From NCBI GenBank assembly GCA_964016885.1, contig OZ024740.1:180544001-180608000 (forward strand): DNA of 64,000 nt, given 5' to 3'. This document shows positions 1-11,554 of the stretch, one piece after another; within the stretch, counting starts at the first letter, position 1; each line of letters starts with the position of its first letter. This stretch comes from Eledone cirrhosa (Eukaryota). The notes beneath the pieces are model-generated. The model saw only the letters and a program-made list of their open reading frames with translations, searched no databases and was not told the origin of the DNA. A program made the position numbers and the translations under genes.

Positions 1-756
1 GCTGCAACAGAGACTCCAGTGCAAACATCACCAACAACAACAAGTGAAAGAGTGGAGTTGGTACCCCTCCCCGACCTCACAGAATCAGACATGGAGTGTG
101 AGGTGGGAGAGAGATGGCAAAAGGTCGTAAGAAGGCACAAACGCAGAAGCAGCGCATCGTCGCCTTTGAAAAGGGAGGAAAGAAATGAGAAAAGGGTAAA
201 GTCTACTGCAAAGAGACCCACAGCAGCAACAACACCAACACCATCACCACCCACACTAGCGCCACCATCACCACCGGCGACAACCCCACCGCCAACAACA
301 CCTTCAACACCACCACCACAAGCACCAACATCGCAAACACAACAACAAAACACACACACCCAGCAACAACGACAAGAAAATAGCAGAACCACACCCCACC
401 CCCAGAAAAACAAATGCACGGCAATAAATACACACAACAAGAAACTAATGACTTACATAATTGAACACACAGACATTTCACAACAGGACTACATAATACC
501 AGCACCAATCAAAACGCCAACTAACATAAGACTGCTAAAAATAGCACAGAAACAATACAGAAATATTAAAACGAAATTCCCCAACGCAGTTGGTGATTTC
601 AGGGACCTAGGAGGAACCATCAATCGAAGAGTATACTCAGACATTCTCTTAGAAGAGCCGACGACCAACCGAAGGGACGATTCAACGGTCCCTTCACCAG
701 ACGATCAAGTGAAAAGGGATGTAAAAACCATCCCTCCTCTACCAAAAGTACGGTAA
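1..756 (+). CDS. Tx1 ORF1, C-terminal part (Pro/Thr-rich, basic patch)
   Basis: Almost identical to the C-terminus of the 39825-41927 ORF1, which carries the CCHC knuckle. Confidence 0.9.
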   Translation, partial: AATETPVQTSPTTTSERVELVPLPDLTESDMECEVGERWQKVVRRHKRRSSASSPLKREERNEKRVKSTAKRPTAATTPTPSPPTLAPPSPPATTPPPTTPSTPPPQAPTSQTQQQNTHTQQQRQENSRTTPHPQKNKCTAINTHNKKLMTYIIEHTDISQQDYIIPAPIKTPTNIRLLKIAQKQYRNIKTKFPNAVGDFRDLGGTINRRVYSDILLEEPTTNRRDDSTVPSPDDQVKRDVKTIPPLPKVR

Positions 757-791
757 GTGGTCTTTCCCATCTTTTCCACTCTATTTTAAAC

Positions 792-3700
792 ATGACCTCA
801 CTCAGAATAGGCAGCATAAATGCGCGTGGCTTGGGGTCGTCATGGAAGCAGGGTCACCTGCTCAACGACCTCAGGTCACTAAACATAGATGTAGTGGCCA
901 TCAGCGAGACCAGAATCTCCGAAGCACGGGCCTTCGCACCGATCTTCGGCGGCTACGATGTGTACGCATCTCCCAGCCGTCCTGGATCCGGTGGAGGAGT
1001 TGCTGTGCTTTTTCGGAGAGGTTTGGATCTCGCCATACGGGCCATCTTCCTGGACCCAGAGGGTAAGCTGGTGGTGCTGGACGTGACCAGCGGAGACGGG
1101 CAAGCTTTCAGGCTAGTGGCCGTCTATGCCCCGACAGGAGCAGGGCGGCCTGATTTCTTCCGGCGTCTGGAGACCTTTCTTGGAACGTCGCGCTCTTTAG
1201 TGTTAGTGGGCGACTGGAACGGGATCTTAGATGCACGCTGGGACTGTGTGGGATTAGCGGATAGGGGTGGAGGGTGCAAGAGCCTCACCAACCTGCTCAG
1301 GCGTTTTTACTGTCTGACAGGTACCGATTGGATTTCCCGAATGTGCCAATGTGGACTTGGAGAAACCGCATAGGGTCATCCAGATCATATCTAGATAGAG
1401 TATTTTGTAGGGAAATAGATAGGTCTAGCATAGGCTGTCCACAATTCAAGATAGTCAGCTACACGGACCACAAATTCGTGATCTGTGTGCTTGACTTAGA
1501 TAGGCTTCATAGACGAGGACCCGGCTACTGGAAGCTAAACGCGTCCTTACCAGCGCGCAAGGCCTACAGAGACCGGATTAGCGAACTAGTTAAGCGGGCG
1601 TTGACGGGGGCCATCGTCAACAACAAGTGGTGGTTTGCTCTGAAAAGAGCGATTAGAATAGAATCGATTAGGTTTAGTAAGGCTTTAGCAATAGAGAAAA
1701 ATAGAGCAGTGGGAGAACTAGTTAGAAAATTAGACGAGGCGCTTAGCAAAGGCATTGCGACCGACGTGCTTGCGGCGAAATTGGCCCTTGACCAATTCTT
1801 CAATGCAAAGCACGAAGGCTGCGTTGTCAGAGCTAGGGTGCGTGCTCTCAGACACGAGGGGACGAAAGCCGTTCAATGGGCCCGAGTGGCGGAGGCGCGT
1901 CGTGGCAACAAAGCCACGATCCGGTCTTTGGTGGACCACGACGGGCGCATGCTACTCGATCCCGGGCAAATGTGTGAAGCTTTTCAGCGACACTTCGCTC
2001 AGCTGTTCGGGGGCAGCGGGGGGCCGGGTAGAGGGATGGACTTTAGTGTCTACCTCGACGGACTGCCGCGGCTCTCGGCCACTGAGGCGAGGTGTTGCGA
2101 AAAGCCGATAACAGCCGCTGAAGTACGGGAGGAAATGACTGGCTGCACAAGGGGTAAATCGCCTGGTTTGGATGGTCTGCCCTATGAACTTTACGTACAG
2201 ATGCCAGACTTGTTCGGAGGCCTCTTGGCGGACGTCTACTGCAACTGGCAACAGAACGGGAGAATTCCCAGTTCTGTGAGCCGAGGAGCGGTGGCACTGC
2301 TGAGAAAGGATCCGAACAAGGGAGATAACATAGACAATTTCCGGCCCATAACTCTGCTAAACACAGAGTTTAAGATTTTGGCCAAGGTGCTAGCAAAGAG
2401 GTTGGCGCTTGTCGTTGGTGGTCTGGTGGGAGAGGCGCAGACATGCGCCATTCCCGACAGATCCATCCACGACAACCTCCACCTCATGCGATACATCATA
2501 GAGAGGGTAGCTAGGGAACCTGGCACGGGTGGGTCCTTGATCAATTTAGATCAGTCGAAAGCTTTCGATAGGGTCGACCATCGTTACCTAGCGGCAGTCC
2601 TGAGGGCGGCTGGCTTTGGGCCCGTCTTCAGAGGCTGGATCGCTGCCATGCACAGCGACATCTGCTCTGTGGTGAGAGTGAACGGTCACCTGTCGGAACC
2701 GTTCAACATCATGCGCTCGGTCCGCCAAGGATGTCCCCTCTCGTCCCTCTTGTACGTATTGACTCTCGAGCCATTACTGCACAAACTGGAGACGTTGAGG
2801 GGAGTCCCGCGCGAACTAGGATGCGGAAGATCCGTGTCAGCATATGCGGACGATGTCACCGTAGTGGTGTCGAACGCCAAACACATCGAGGCGATCGGCA
2901 CTACACTAAGAGAATACGAAGCGGTGACAGGAGCAATGATCAACCAGGAAAAGTCAGTGGGCCTGCAGCTCGGCACCTGGAGAGGCAGGTCCATGCCGTC
3001 CAACAGCGTCGTCGGGCGCTGGACGGACGGACCGGTTAAATTGCTAGGGGTCTGGTTCGGTCCGGACCTCCAGACGGACAAAAACTGGGACGAGGTGACG
3101 AGCAGGGTGGCTTCTCTCACCCAGAAATGGGCGGAGAGGAAGCTATCCCTGAAAGGTCGAGCGGAGGTGGCTAACGCGTACATCGCGTCTGTCATCTGCT
3201 ACCGCCTAACCGTCGTACCTTGTCCTAAGCCTCGCCTGACTGCGCTGGAGCGTTTGCTCTTTCGCTTTTTGTGGAAGGGACGTGCTCCGATGGTCAGGCG
3301 GTCCATCTGTTGTCAACACCCGCTACGTGGAGGGCTGGGCATGCCGTGGCTGATGATGCGCAGGCACGCGCTCAGGCTACGACATCTCCACCTCTTCCTC
3401 GACGGTGATCAGGTGTGGTCGCCGTTTGCTAGACGCGTTTTTCCCCAGCTCGTTTCCTTGACGGAGCTGCAGTCCTGGGTCAAGCGAAGACCGAGAGGGA
3501 GCGCCTGGAGACTGGAATGTCTTCAGGCGCTCACAGCCCTCGACCAATCGGGCAATGTGATCGGTGGAAACTCCACCTCGGCGTTCTATAGAGGATTAGT
3601 GGAGGGGAAGAGCGACGACGTACTTGGGGAAACTCTAGGCGTCGACGAAAATCAACTAGCCAATCTCTTCGGAAGAACCTTCGGGCCAGGGCCTATGGAC

Positions 3701-4210
3701 AACTTCCAGAAATCTCTGGCCTGGCAGTGCTACCGAGGAGCCTTGCCAGTTCGGGATAAACTCTACAGGCATGGAGGTGCCGTCAGCCGGGCATGTCCGA
3801 GATGCGCGCAGGGCGACGAAACCGTCCTGCACGCACTCGTCCAGTGTCCGAAAATTGCTGACTTGTGGGTTTATGTCGAACACCTGCTGTCGCGTTTAGG
3901 ACGGATCCAGCTATCATCTGAGTCTATCGTGAGGATTGCCCCGCCCTCCTCCTTTAGCCGGGAAGGGCAGGCAGTTTTTATCTGTCTGGTGGCCATGGCG
4001 AAAGAGATAGTATGGTGGACACGTTTGAAAGGGCTGAAGACGAGCACTTACCTCTTCGGTGATGCTCTGATTGACTTTTTCAAATTTCATTTGAAAAGGA
4101 AAATCAGAGTAGAGAAGGAAGTGCTCTCTTCCCAGCATTTTGTTGAAAGATGGGTGAGAGAAGCAAGAATGGCCCGAGTGAATGGGCCGACTCTGAGTAT
4201 ATATCTGTAA
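792..4210 (+). pseudogene. Tx1 ORF2 (APE endonuclease, reverse transcriptase, C-terminal Zn finger) with a single frameshift near 1307
   Basis: Motifs SINARG, SET, VYAP, GDWN, YLDRVF, TDH (APE); SPGLDG, FRPITLLN, LDQSKAFD, RQGCPLS, YADD (RT); CPRC..ETVLHALVQC. Sequence reads TTTTACTG where other copies have TTTGAACTG. Confidence 0.93.
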
Positions 4211-4471
4211 ACTAAAGGTGGAAAACTGGGAGAGGGCACTTGCCTTGGTGGTCAGGGTCATTGTGGCTTTTTACTGGGCTTTCTCCACAAATGTCCCTCC
4301 GAAGTCTCCCCCCTATTGGGGAATTTTTCATTGTTATTTTCATTGTTATTTTTGTTACATCCTCTATTTTTGTTTTTTTTACACGCAGAAATGCCCATTT
4401 GTACCGTCCTGCATTGTCCTGCACTGTCCTTAATGTCTACTTTATGTAAACCCTTGTGGTTAATAAAGAAA

Positions 4472-4473
<2 letters not shown>

Positions 4474-4526
<53 letters not shown>
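4474..4526 (+). repeat. (ATT)n microsatellite, Tx1 target; corresponds to a poly-Asn tract in the PLE ORF on the minus strand
   Basis: Direct repeat visible in sequence. Confidence 0.95.
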
Positions 4527-6300
4527 GATTACTGCGATTATAATTAATATTATTTATTTCAACATACTCAATATTATTTTTATATCCTGCTTTATGTAAC
4601 GCTTCATTATAATATACAGCTTTACTATTAAATATGGATCTATTAGCAGATAGTCTGGATATTCTTTGTTGGACACTGTTGACTATTGCATTTTTAACAC
4701 TTTTAGGATGATTAGAATAAAAACTAACATAATTTAAATTTTCGTTGTGGAAGGGGTAATATAGGCCTGAGTTCAAAGTGAGTGTTAGATCTAAAAAATT
4801 AACTATTTTATTGTTATTTTCTACTTATAATTTCAGGTCATAATTTTTAAAGAATTCTATAATTACTTTCTTTACTCTATTTAATTCGCTATTATGATTA
4901 ACTACAGTAAATAGTATGTTGTCTTTATATAAACGACCGGTAATCTCCGGCAGTTTTCTATTTATCATATTAAGGATGAAAATTCCCACAAGATCGGTAA
5001 CTTGCGCCGAATCAGACGAGCCCATAGTAATGTCAAAGTTCTTCTGCCTATCAGATCTAGTTAAAGAATCATTATTAAAATCAATCGAGGTTCGCCTTGC
5101 CGTTAAAATAATATGTATCTCGTCACTAGATAGATCCGTGTGTTTATAAGCATATGGAAGCGCCTTATTTAGTAGGTTACGGATTATTGAGGAATAATAA
5201 CTCGCTATGTTATGATTTTTCATATTTTCGATATTATTGAACCAATCTATGACTTCACTAGTTCCCTTCCATAGGTTAAGCCTTGACCTCAATTTTAACT
5301 TTGGCAAAATCCTATCTATTATGTTCTTACTAATTATTCCAAGATCGGATTTCGAAGGTGCAATAAGTCTAACAGGTAAGTCCTCGTCAAAATGGTCTTT
5401 AAAATGTGTGGTTTTTAAAATTTATGGTCTTTAAAATTTATCCGAGGTTGTCTTCGTATGAAAGTTTCAGTCTTCCGCTCTATTCCAAGATTGGTGATAA
5501 TTTCAAATGCATCATTATTTATATCCAATAAATCCTTACTCGGCGCCTTATTGTAAATTTTTCTCAACTCATTTAAAATTAAGTCATTATATTTAGTTTT
5601 TTCAATCCCATATAGGTTGTTGGTTTTGTGTGATTCCACTAATATTTAATTTAATTTTTTCATGTCATTAATTTTTTCCCTTAGACCGCTAAGGTATTCT
5701 TGGCCTCTATATAGGTTTCTTTTAAATTTTATATTCCTTAATATATAAAAAATTTCGTTTTCGAGATTTGCCAAGAGTTTGTTGTAAAGGGGATTTTTCC
5801 TAAATTTAAAAATATTCTCGAAATTATAGTTGGTGTTTTTCCTATTTGTTTCATATTTCTTTTCAAAATGAAAAGCACGCCACCGCACTCTTCTTATGAA
5901 GGAGTTGGTTTGTCCAATAAGTGTTCTAGTGTATTCTTCGTTAGATGGTAAAGGTATATCTTTGAGAGATGTAGAAACCCTAAAGAATTCCATCATTTAT
6001 TAATAATCTATTGCAGAAGAAGCGCTCTAGCTTCTGGGAGCTGAATATGATTCATTGATTACTCAATGAATATAGTTTTACAATTGATTAAAAGCACTCT
6101 ACAAGAACGTTTTCTGGACTTATTAACATTCTTCAGAATATTAATAAATGAAGATACTCACATAATCAAAATATATGTTTTATTATATATATTTCGAAGG
6201 TATTGTGCTGTTTTTCTCAGTACGCCCTCGTCAGATAAAATACATGAATTGATTTATGGCATACCACAACGGTCTTGATGGTTCAATTCCAGTATTGGCA
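4527..6300 (-). mobile_element. Degenerate Penelope-like element, Naiad-like RT; 3' part interrupted by T1
   Basis: ORF pieces SLKDIPLP..FIRRVRWRAFHF, FKDHK, LNLWKGTSEVIDWFNNI, FDITMGSSDSAQVTDLVG, YVSFYSNHP; hammerhead motif upstream. Confidence 0.85.
6175..6244 (-). ncRNA. Type I hammerhead ribozyme (PLE pseudo-LTR type)
   Basis: Minus strand: ttttat-CTGACGA-gggcgta...taccttc-GAAA-tatata-TA-ataaaa; stem I ttttat/ataaaa; short palindromic stem III typical of PLE hammerheads. Confidence 0.8.
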
Positions 6301-6585
6301 GTGATTTATTACAACAAATCTCAACATTTATATACCATAAATAATAACAAGATAAACTTAAATTTAAAGAAGAAGAGTATGTGGGGCGAGATGTGGGTAT
6401 ATGGAGCGGGTGAGTAATGCAAGAAGAAAATAAATAAATACATACATACATAAATATTTAAATGAGTAAATATACGTATTAGGGAAGAAATATGTAATTC
6501 GGATATTTTAGAGTGAGCTGAGGATCTGAATAAGGTAACACATTTGTTCTTCTAGGTATGGTGAACTAACTGTTGTGGAACTACT

Positions 6586-6619
6586 TATATATATATATAT
6601 ATATGTGGGAGGGGGGTGC

Positions 6620-6685
<66 letters not shown>

Positions 6686-6746
6686 TGTTTGTGTATTTGT
6701 GTGTGTGTGTGTAAAGATATAGATAGAGAGATAGAGAGAGAGAGAG
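6586..6746. repeat. Compound (TA)n/(GT)n/(GA)n microsatellite
   Basis: Visible in sequence. Confidence 0.95.
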
Positions 6747-7061
6747 TGATGAAAAGGATACTTATTGCATTTTCAGATTTTCAGAAGTCACTCTTTAATT
6801 GTGATGATTAAAGAGATGTCTTAGGTAAAATTTTGATAAATCGGTTTTGTGATATAAAATACTTAATGATTATAAAACAAAATAAAAAAATCCTTAAACA
6901 ATACTAAAAAATAAATAAAAATACATAATTAATCAATAGCTACTTAGTTATTTTTTATCAGCTTTGCTTCATGCTTATTCTATTTTTTTGAGAAATCGGA
7001 AAATAGAATTTAAATAAATTGATATAAAAAAATATTGTTATCATTATCATTATTATTATTA

Positions 7062-7954
7062 CAGTTGCATTTATCTTGCTTTATGTTCATAAGAGTTATC
7101 ACCAAGTCACAACCAGTGACCTCAAGAGACAACAAGGTCCGCCATGTTCAAGAAAGAACATACATATTCACACATGCATCTTTAGTGTTTAGACGTGTGA
7201 TGTACTTATATTGACAGAATCTTCCTTAGTATATGGGCAGTTCCCATTAGTACTATCTTTTGTATTTCTCCTATACGCGGGTTTCCTGGGATTTGCGATA
7301 TGTAATCATTAGACCCCTTAGGTATCATTCCCAGAGCGCCTACAACCACTGGTATTGTTTTAGTTCTCAATTTCCACATTTTTCCAATTTCTATCTCCAG
7401 GTCCTTATACTTGCTCAATTTTTCAAATGTTTTTATAGATACATTCTTGTCTATTGGAACAGACATGTCAATTAGCAGGCATACCCTCTTTTGAAAGTCT
7501 TTCAATATTATATCAGGTCTGTTTGCATCTATTTTTCGGTCTGTTTGGATGCTAAAGTTCCACAAGATTGAGATGTGATCTTTTTCAAGTATGGGAGGTG
7601 GTTGATGCTCCCACCAATTCTTTTGATGGGGCAGGTCAAAATGCTTACACATTATCCAATGTATGTATTGTGCAGCTCTGTCATGCATGTTTAGGTATTC
7701 GGTTGGAGCTATAGGACTGCACATTGAAATTATATGGTCAATGATCTCTGGTTGTTTTTTGTATACACGGCATAATGGGCTGCACCCATTTTTTATTATG
7801 TTGCCTTGGTAATTTTTTGTTGGCAGACACTGATCTTGTGCTGATATAATCAGTCCTTCAGTCTCCGATTTCAGTCCAGAGGATGCCAACCACTAATGGG
7901 TTAAAGTTTTGTCAACATCAGGATTGTTAGCTCGCTCTGGGTATTTTCCATACA
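7062..7954 (-). mobile_element. R4/Dong-type RLE LINE family 2, 5'-truncated
   Basis: ORF 7206-7889 with degenerate CCHC, HD, RPDIIL..LIDMSVP..EKLSKY (RLE); (TAA)n on both sides. Confidence 0.9.
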
Positions 7955-7989
7955 TTATTATTATTATTATTATTATTATTGTTGTTATT

Positions 7990-10900
7990 CCTTGAATCTC
8001 AGTCATTGATGTTGGTTAACTGGAAAGTCCGTTGGATTGAATATCAAGCCACTACCTGCAGCCTCAGATATTCAGGACGTATCGGAGGGTTCTTGCTGTT
8101 CCAAGCAAGCATGCCTTTCGAAGCGTTCCAAAAATGGTGAAGGGGCCGATTTTCTTTAACCATCCCTGGAAACTTTTGGAGATAGTCCCCAGTGCGCCTA
8201 TGACATTCGGGATCACTTTGACTTCATGGCAGTTCCAAATCCTTTTCACCTCCCACTTTAGATCCTGGTATCGGTTAATTTTCTCCCTCTCCTTCTCTTG
8301 CACTCTCGTGTCGAACGGGCAGGCCACATCCACAATCAGACACGATCTTTTTTCTTTGTCCACAACCACCAGGTCAGGTCTATTGTGTTCCAGTTTTTTG
8401 TCCGTCTGTATCCTAAAATCCCACAGCACCTTCACCTGATTGTTCTCCATCACCGCCTCTGGCCTATGCTCATACCATTTCTCAGAATGTGGTAAATTGT
8501 TTACTTTGCACAGGTGCCAGTGGATCACCCTGCCCATCACATCGTGTCTCCAGCCCTTATAGTGGGTCTGGGCTAGGTGTTTACACTCGGACACAATGTG
8601 ATCCACAGTCTCCTCTCTCTCTCCACAGATCCTGCACAGTGGGCTAGCCTCCTCCTTGTAGATATGGTGCTTCAACCACTTCGTTTTGAGGGCCTGCTCC
8701 TGCGCAGCAATTAGCATTCCTTCTGTAGCCTTTTTGAGGTCTCCTCTTCTCAACCAGTTCCATGTCTGTGGATCTGTAAATTCAGTTTTCTCAAAGAAGG
8801 TACTATGAAGGGATTTTCCCTTAAGGCTGCTCTTCCTGCTTGATGTTATTTCCTCCTTGGACATCCCCTGGCCTACAGTCCCCTCCTTCAGTACAGTTCT
8901 GAGCATTGGCTCCTTACTATAGGTCACGTATTTGTATAGGTTGTTTTTCTCCATCTGCACACAGTCCTCTATGCTGATAAGACCTCTTCCACCCTCAGAT
9001 CTCCTTAGGTAGAGTGTATCGACATCACTCCTCTTGTGGAACATGTTGTAGATAGTCAATAGCTTCCTAGTCTTCCTATCCATTTCTTTTTGTTCAGCAA
9101 CATTCCATCTCAGAATTCCCGCACTGTACCTAATAATAGACACAGCTCGGGAATTTACTGCGCTTATGGCATTTCTGCTGTTCAGATGTGACTTCAATAC
9201 GCTCCTTACTCACCGAATGTATTCAGTTCTTAACAATTCCTTCATTTTTTTGTTCTTTATGCCATCAGCATCCAGAACGCCCAAATACTTGTATCCTTCC
9301 TCAGAGTCAATTTCCTTTATCATCTCACCTGTTGGTATCTGGATCCCGTTACTTCTGCTCAACCTACCCCTCTTCATCACAATGACTCCACATTTACCAA
9401 TACCAAACTGCATACATATATCACTGCTGAAAATACGGACAGTGTCAACAAGCCCATCCAACTCCTTCTCACTTTTCCCGAAGAGCTTAAGATCGTCCAT
9501 GAAGAGGAGGTGATTGATGGTAAGCTCTCCCCTTCCCAACTTGTATCCTGCTCTCACTTTTCGCAGCATGATGGTCAAGGGCATCAGGGCAAGGACAAAC
9601 AACAGAGGGGACAGGCTATCTCCCTGGAAGATACCTCTCTTGATCTTCACGCTTCCCAAGGATACTCCAGTTGATTGCAACTCTGTCTCCCAGGACCCCA
9701 TACTCCTGCCTAGCAACTGTCTGATGTTATCTGCCACCCTGAAGATGTCCAGGCTTTTGGTGATCCGGGAATGAGGCACCATGTCAAATGCCTTTCTGTA
9801 GTCTATCCATCCCATGGCAAGATCAGTGTGTCTCCTCCTGCAATTCCCCATTACCATCTTATCAATAAGTAACTGGTCCTTTGTACCACGTGACTTCTTT
9901 CGGCATCCTTTCTGTTCGTCCGGTAACAAGTTGTTTGTGTGGAGGTGATGGTAGATTTCCTCAGACACAATGCTCGTCAACAGTTTCCACATTACAGACA
10001 GACATGTGATAGGTCTATAGTTGGTAACATCATTACCCTTGATTCGGTCTTTCATTATCAGAACTGTGGTACCTTTTGTCAACCACTCTGGCACCTCACC
10101 CGACACCAAGCAGTCATTGAACATGGCCGTCAGCTTCGGGTGGAGGGATGTTAAATGTTTAATCCAATACCCCTGCACACCATCTGGGCCTGGTGATTTC
10201 CAGTTGGTTAGTTTTTTGGCTTGCCCCTTAAGAGTTTCAACTGTGATACTCAAATCAGTCTGTTGTTGTGCCTTCTCACCGATCTCCCTCTGTACTGTCT
10301 CAATCCACCCTGCCTGGGCATTGTGTCTAACATCCTGCTCCCATATTCCTCTCCAGAATGTTTTAGTTTGCTCCGCCCCAGGGATCAAGTCGTTGCCTCT
10401 TTCTTTCCCCTCAATCTGTCCAAACAGCATCTTCTGGTTGTTGTCGAACATGCGGTTCTGTTTATACTGACTGACTCTGTTCTCGTATCGCCTGATTTTT
10501 GCACTCTTTGCTACAATGCGTTGCTTCAGTTCCTCTATGATAATATTTAGCTTTTTCCTCCTAGTTTTGTATTTTATTTCCAGTCTATTTTTAGTGCCTA
10601 TGTTTTTTAGTGTCCCATTCAGTAGTGACTCAAGCTTTCCTATGTCATTTCTCATTTCCCCGATTTGCCCACTCAGTCGCTTCTTCCACCACGGCTCTGC
10701 TCTTTCTTGTCTGTTGTTTCCTCTCGCTTTTATACCAAGAAGTTTCCTCACCGCATTTGCTGTTGCTTTGAGGATATTGTTGCACTGGTGAAGGCTCCTC
10801 GCCTCAAGGTATGGGATGACTTTGTTTACCTTAGCTGTTGTTTCTTTTAACTTTTTCCTGTCTACAAATCTTAGGTTCATAGGTCTCCCACTATCATTGT

Positions 10901-11477
10901 TCAATTCATCTACCACTAAATTTAGGATGTCAACCGAATCTTGTCCTAGCCCGTCAGCATTCATCTCCTCAGTGGCCGTATCTCTGTTCCAGGTATTATT
11001 TATCTCAGTATTCAGATCATTGTCTGCTTCGGGTGGTTCCTCCGTTCTCAGGACCTCTTCACCTTCATTTCCCACTGGCTCGCTTGTCTGGCATACTACA
11101 CCCGCCATCTCCAAGCCATTCTCTCTGCTCAGTTCCTCCAGTTCCAGCTCGCTTATCCATCCATTAGTTCTTATTACCCGAGCCTGCCCGGCCAATTTTT
11201 GTTCATCTAATTTAAATAAACCAATCTCGTTCCAGATGTTATGCATCCGTCTCCTGTAGCCCCTCTCCTTGGGGTTACTTTTCAGGTAACATTGCATAAC
11301 AGTTCTATTCAATTCTTTCGTCCAGTTGGTTCTGGCCCCTTTCCTTCTTCTCCTTCCTCCAACATCAGCAGTATTTGGTTGACAGTCAGGTTCCTGCTGC
11401 TGAGCCAGGGGGCACCTGTTGGGTGAGAGTCTGTCACATGACGTTCTAGTCTCCATTTCACCGTTATTCGAACTGTT
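7990..11477 (-). mobile_element. R4/Dong-type RLE LINE family 1, copy B (truncated at ORF start)
   Basis: RT plus CCHC plus RLE; 3'UTR ends ...GAGATTCAAGG-AATAAC/AATAAT. Confidence 0.93.
8064..11456 (-). pseudogene. R4/Dong ORF (RT, CCHC, restriction-like endonuclease) with one in-frame TGA at 9210-9212
   Basis: WKSPGPDG, YRPITCL, WIDYRKAFD, IFQGDSLSP, LFMDD, CRIC..ETVDHIVSEC, RHD, RPDLV..D..KINRYQDL; ORFs 9210-11456 and 8064-9197 share one frame. Confidence 0.92.
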
Positions 11478-11478
11478 A

Positions 11479-11548
<70 letters not shown>

Positions 11549-11552
11549 GTTG
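11478..11552. repeat. (TAA)n microsatellite between R4 copies
   Basis: Visible in sequence. Confidence 0.95.
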
Positions 11553-11554
11553 TT

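Larger units (their letters stand above)
1..4473 (+). mobile_element. Tx1/L1-clade non-LTR retrotransposon, copy T1 (5' end outside window)
   Basis: ORF1 C-terminus, APE-RT-ZnF ORF2 and a ~260 bp 3'UTR ending AATAAAGAAATC directly before (ATT)n; near-identical to the copy at 36135-42143. Confidence 0.95.

Noticed and set aside
2686-3195. Recurrent antisense ORFs in Tx1 and R4 copies
   Set aside because: They recur only because the copies are near-identical; shadow frames of the RT ORF with no motifs
6095-6145. Second CTGAAGA..GAAA motif upstream of the first PLE
   Set aside because: Stems I and II do not pair convincingly
9210-9212. In-frame TGA as selenocysteine or programmed readthrough
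   Set aside because: Position is Arg (AGA) in copies A and C; a private nonsense mutation
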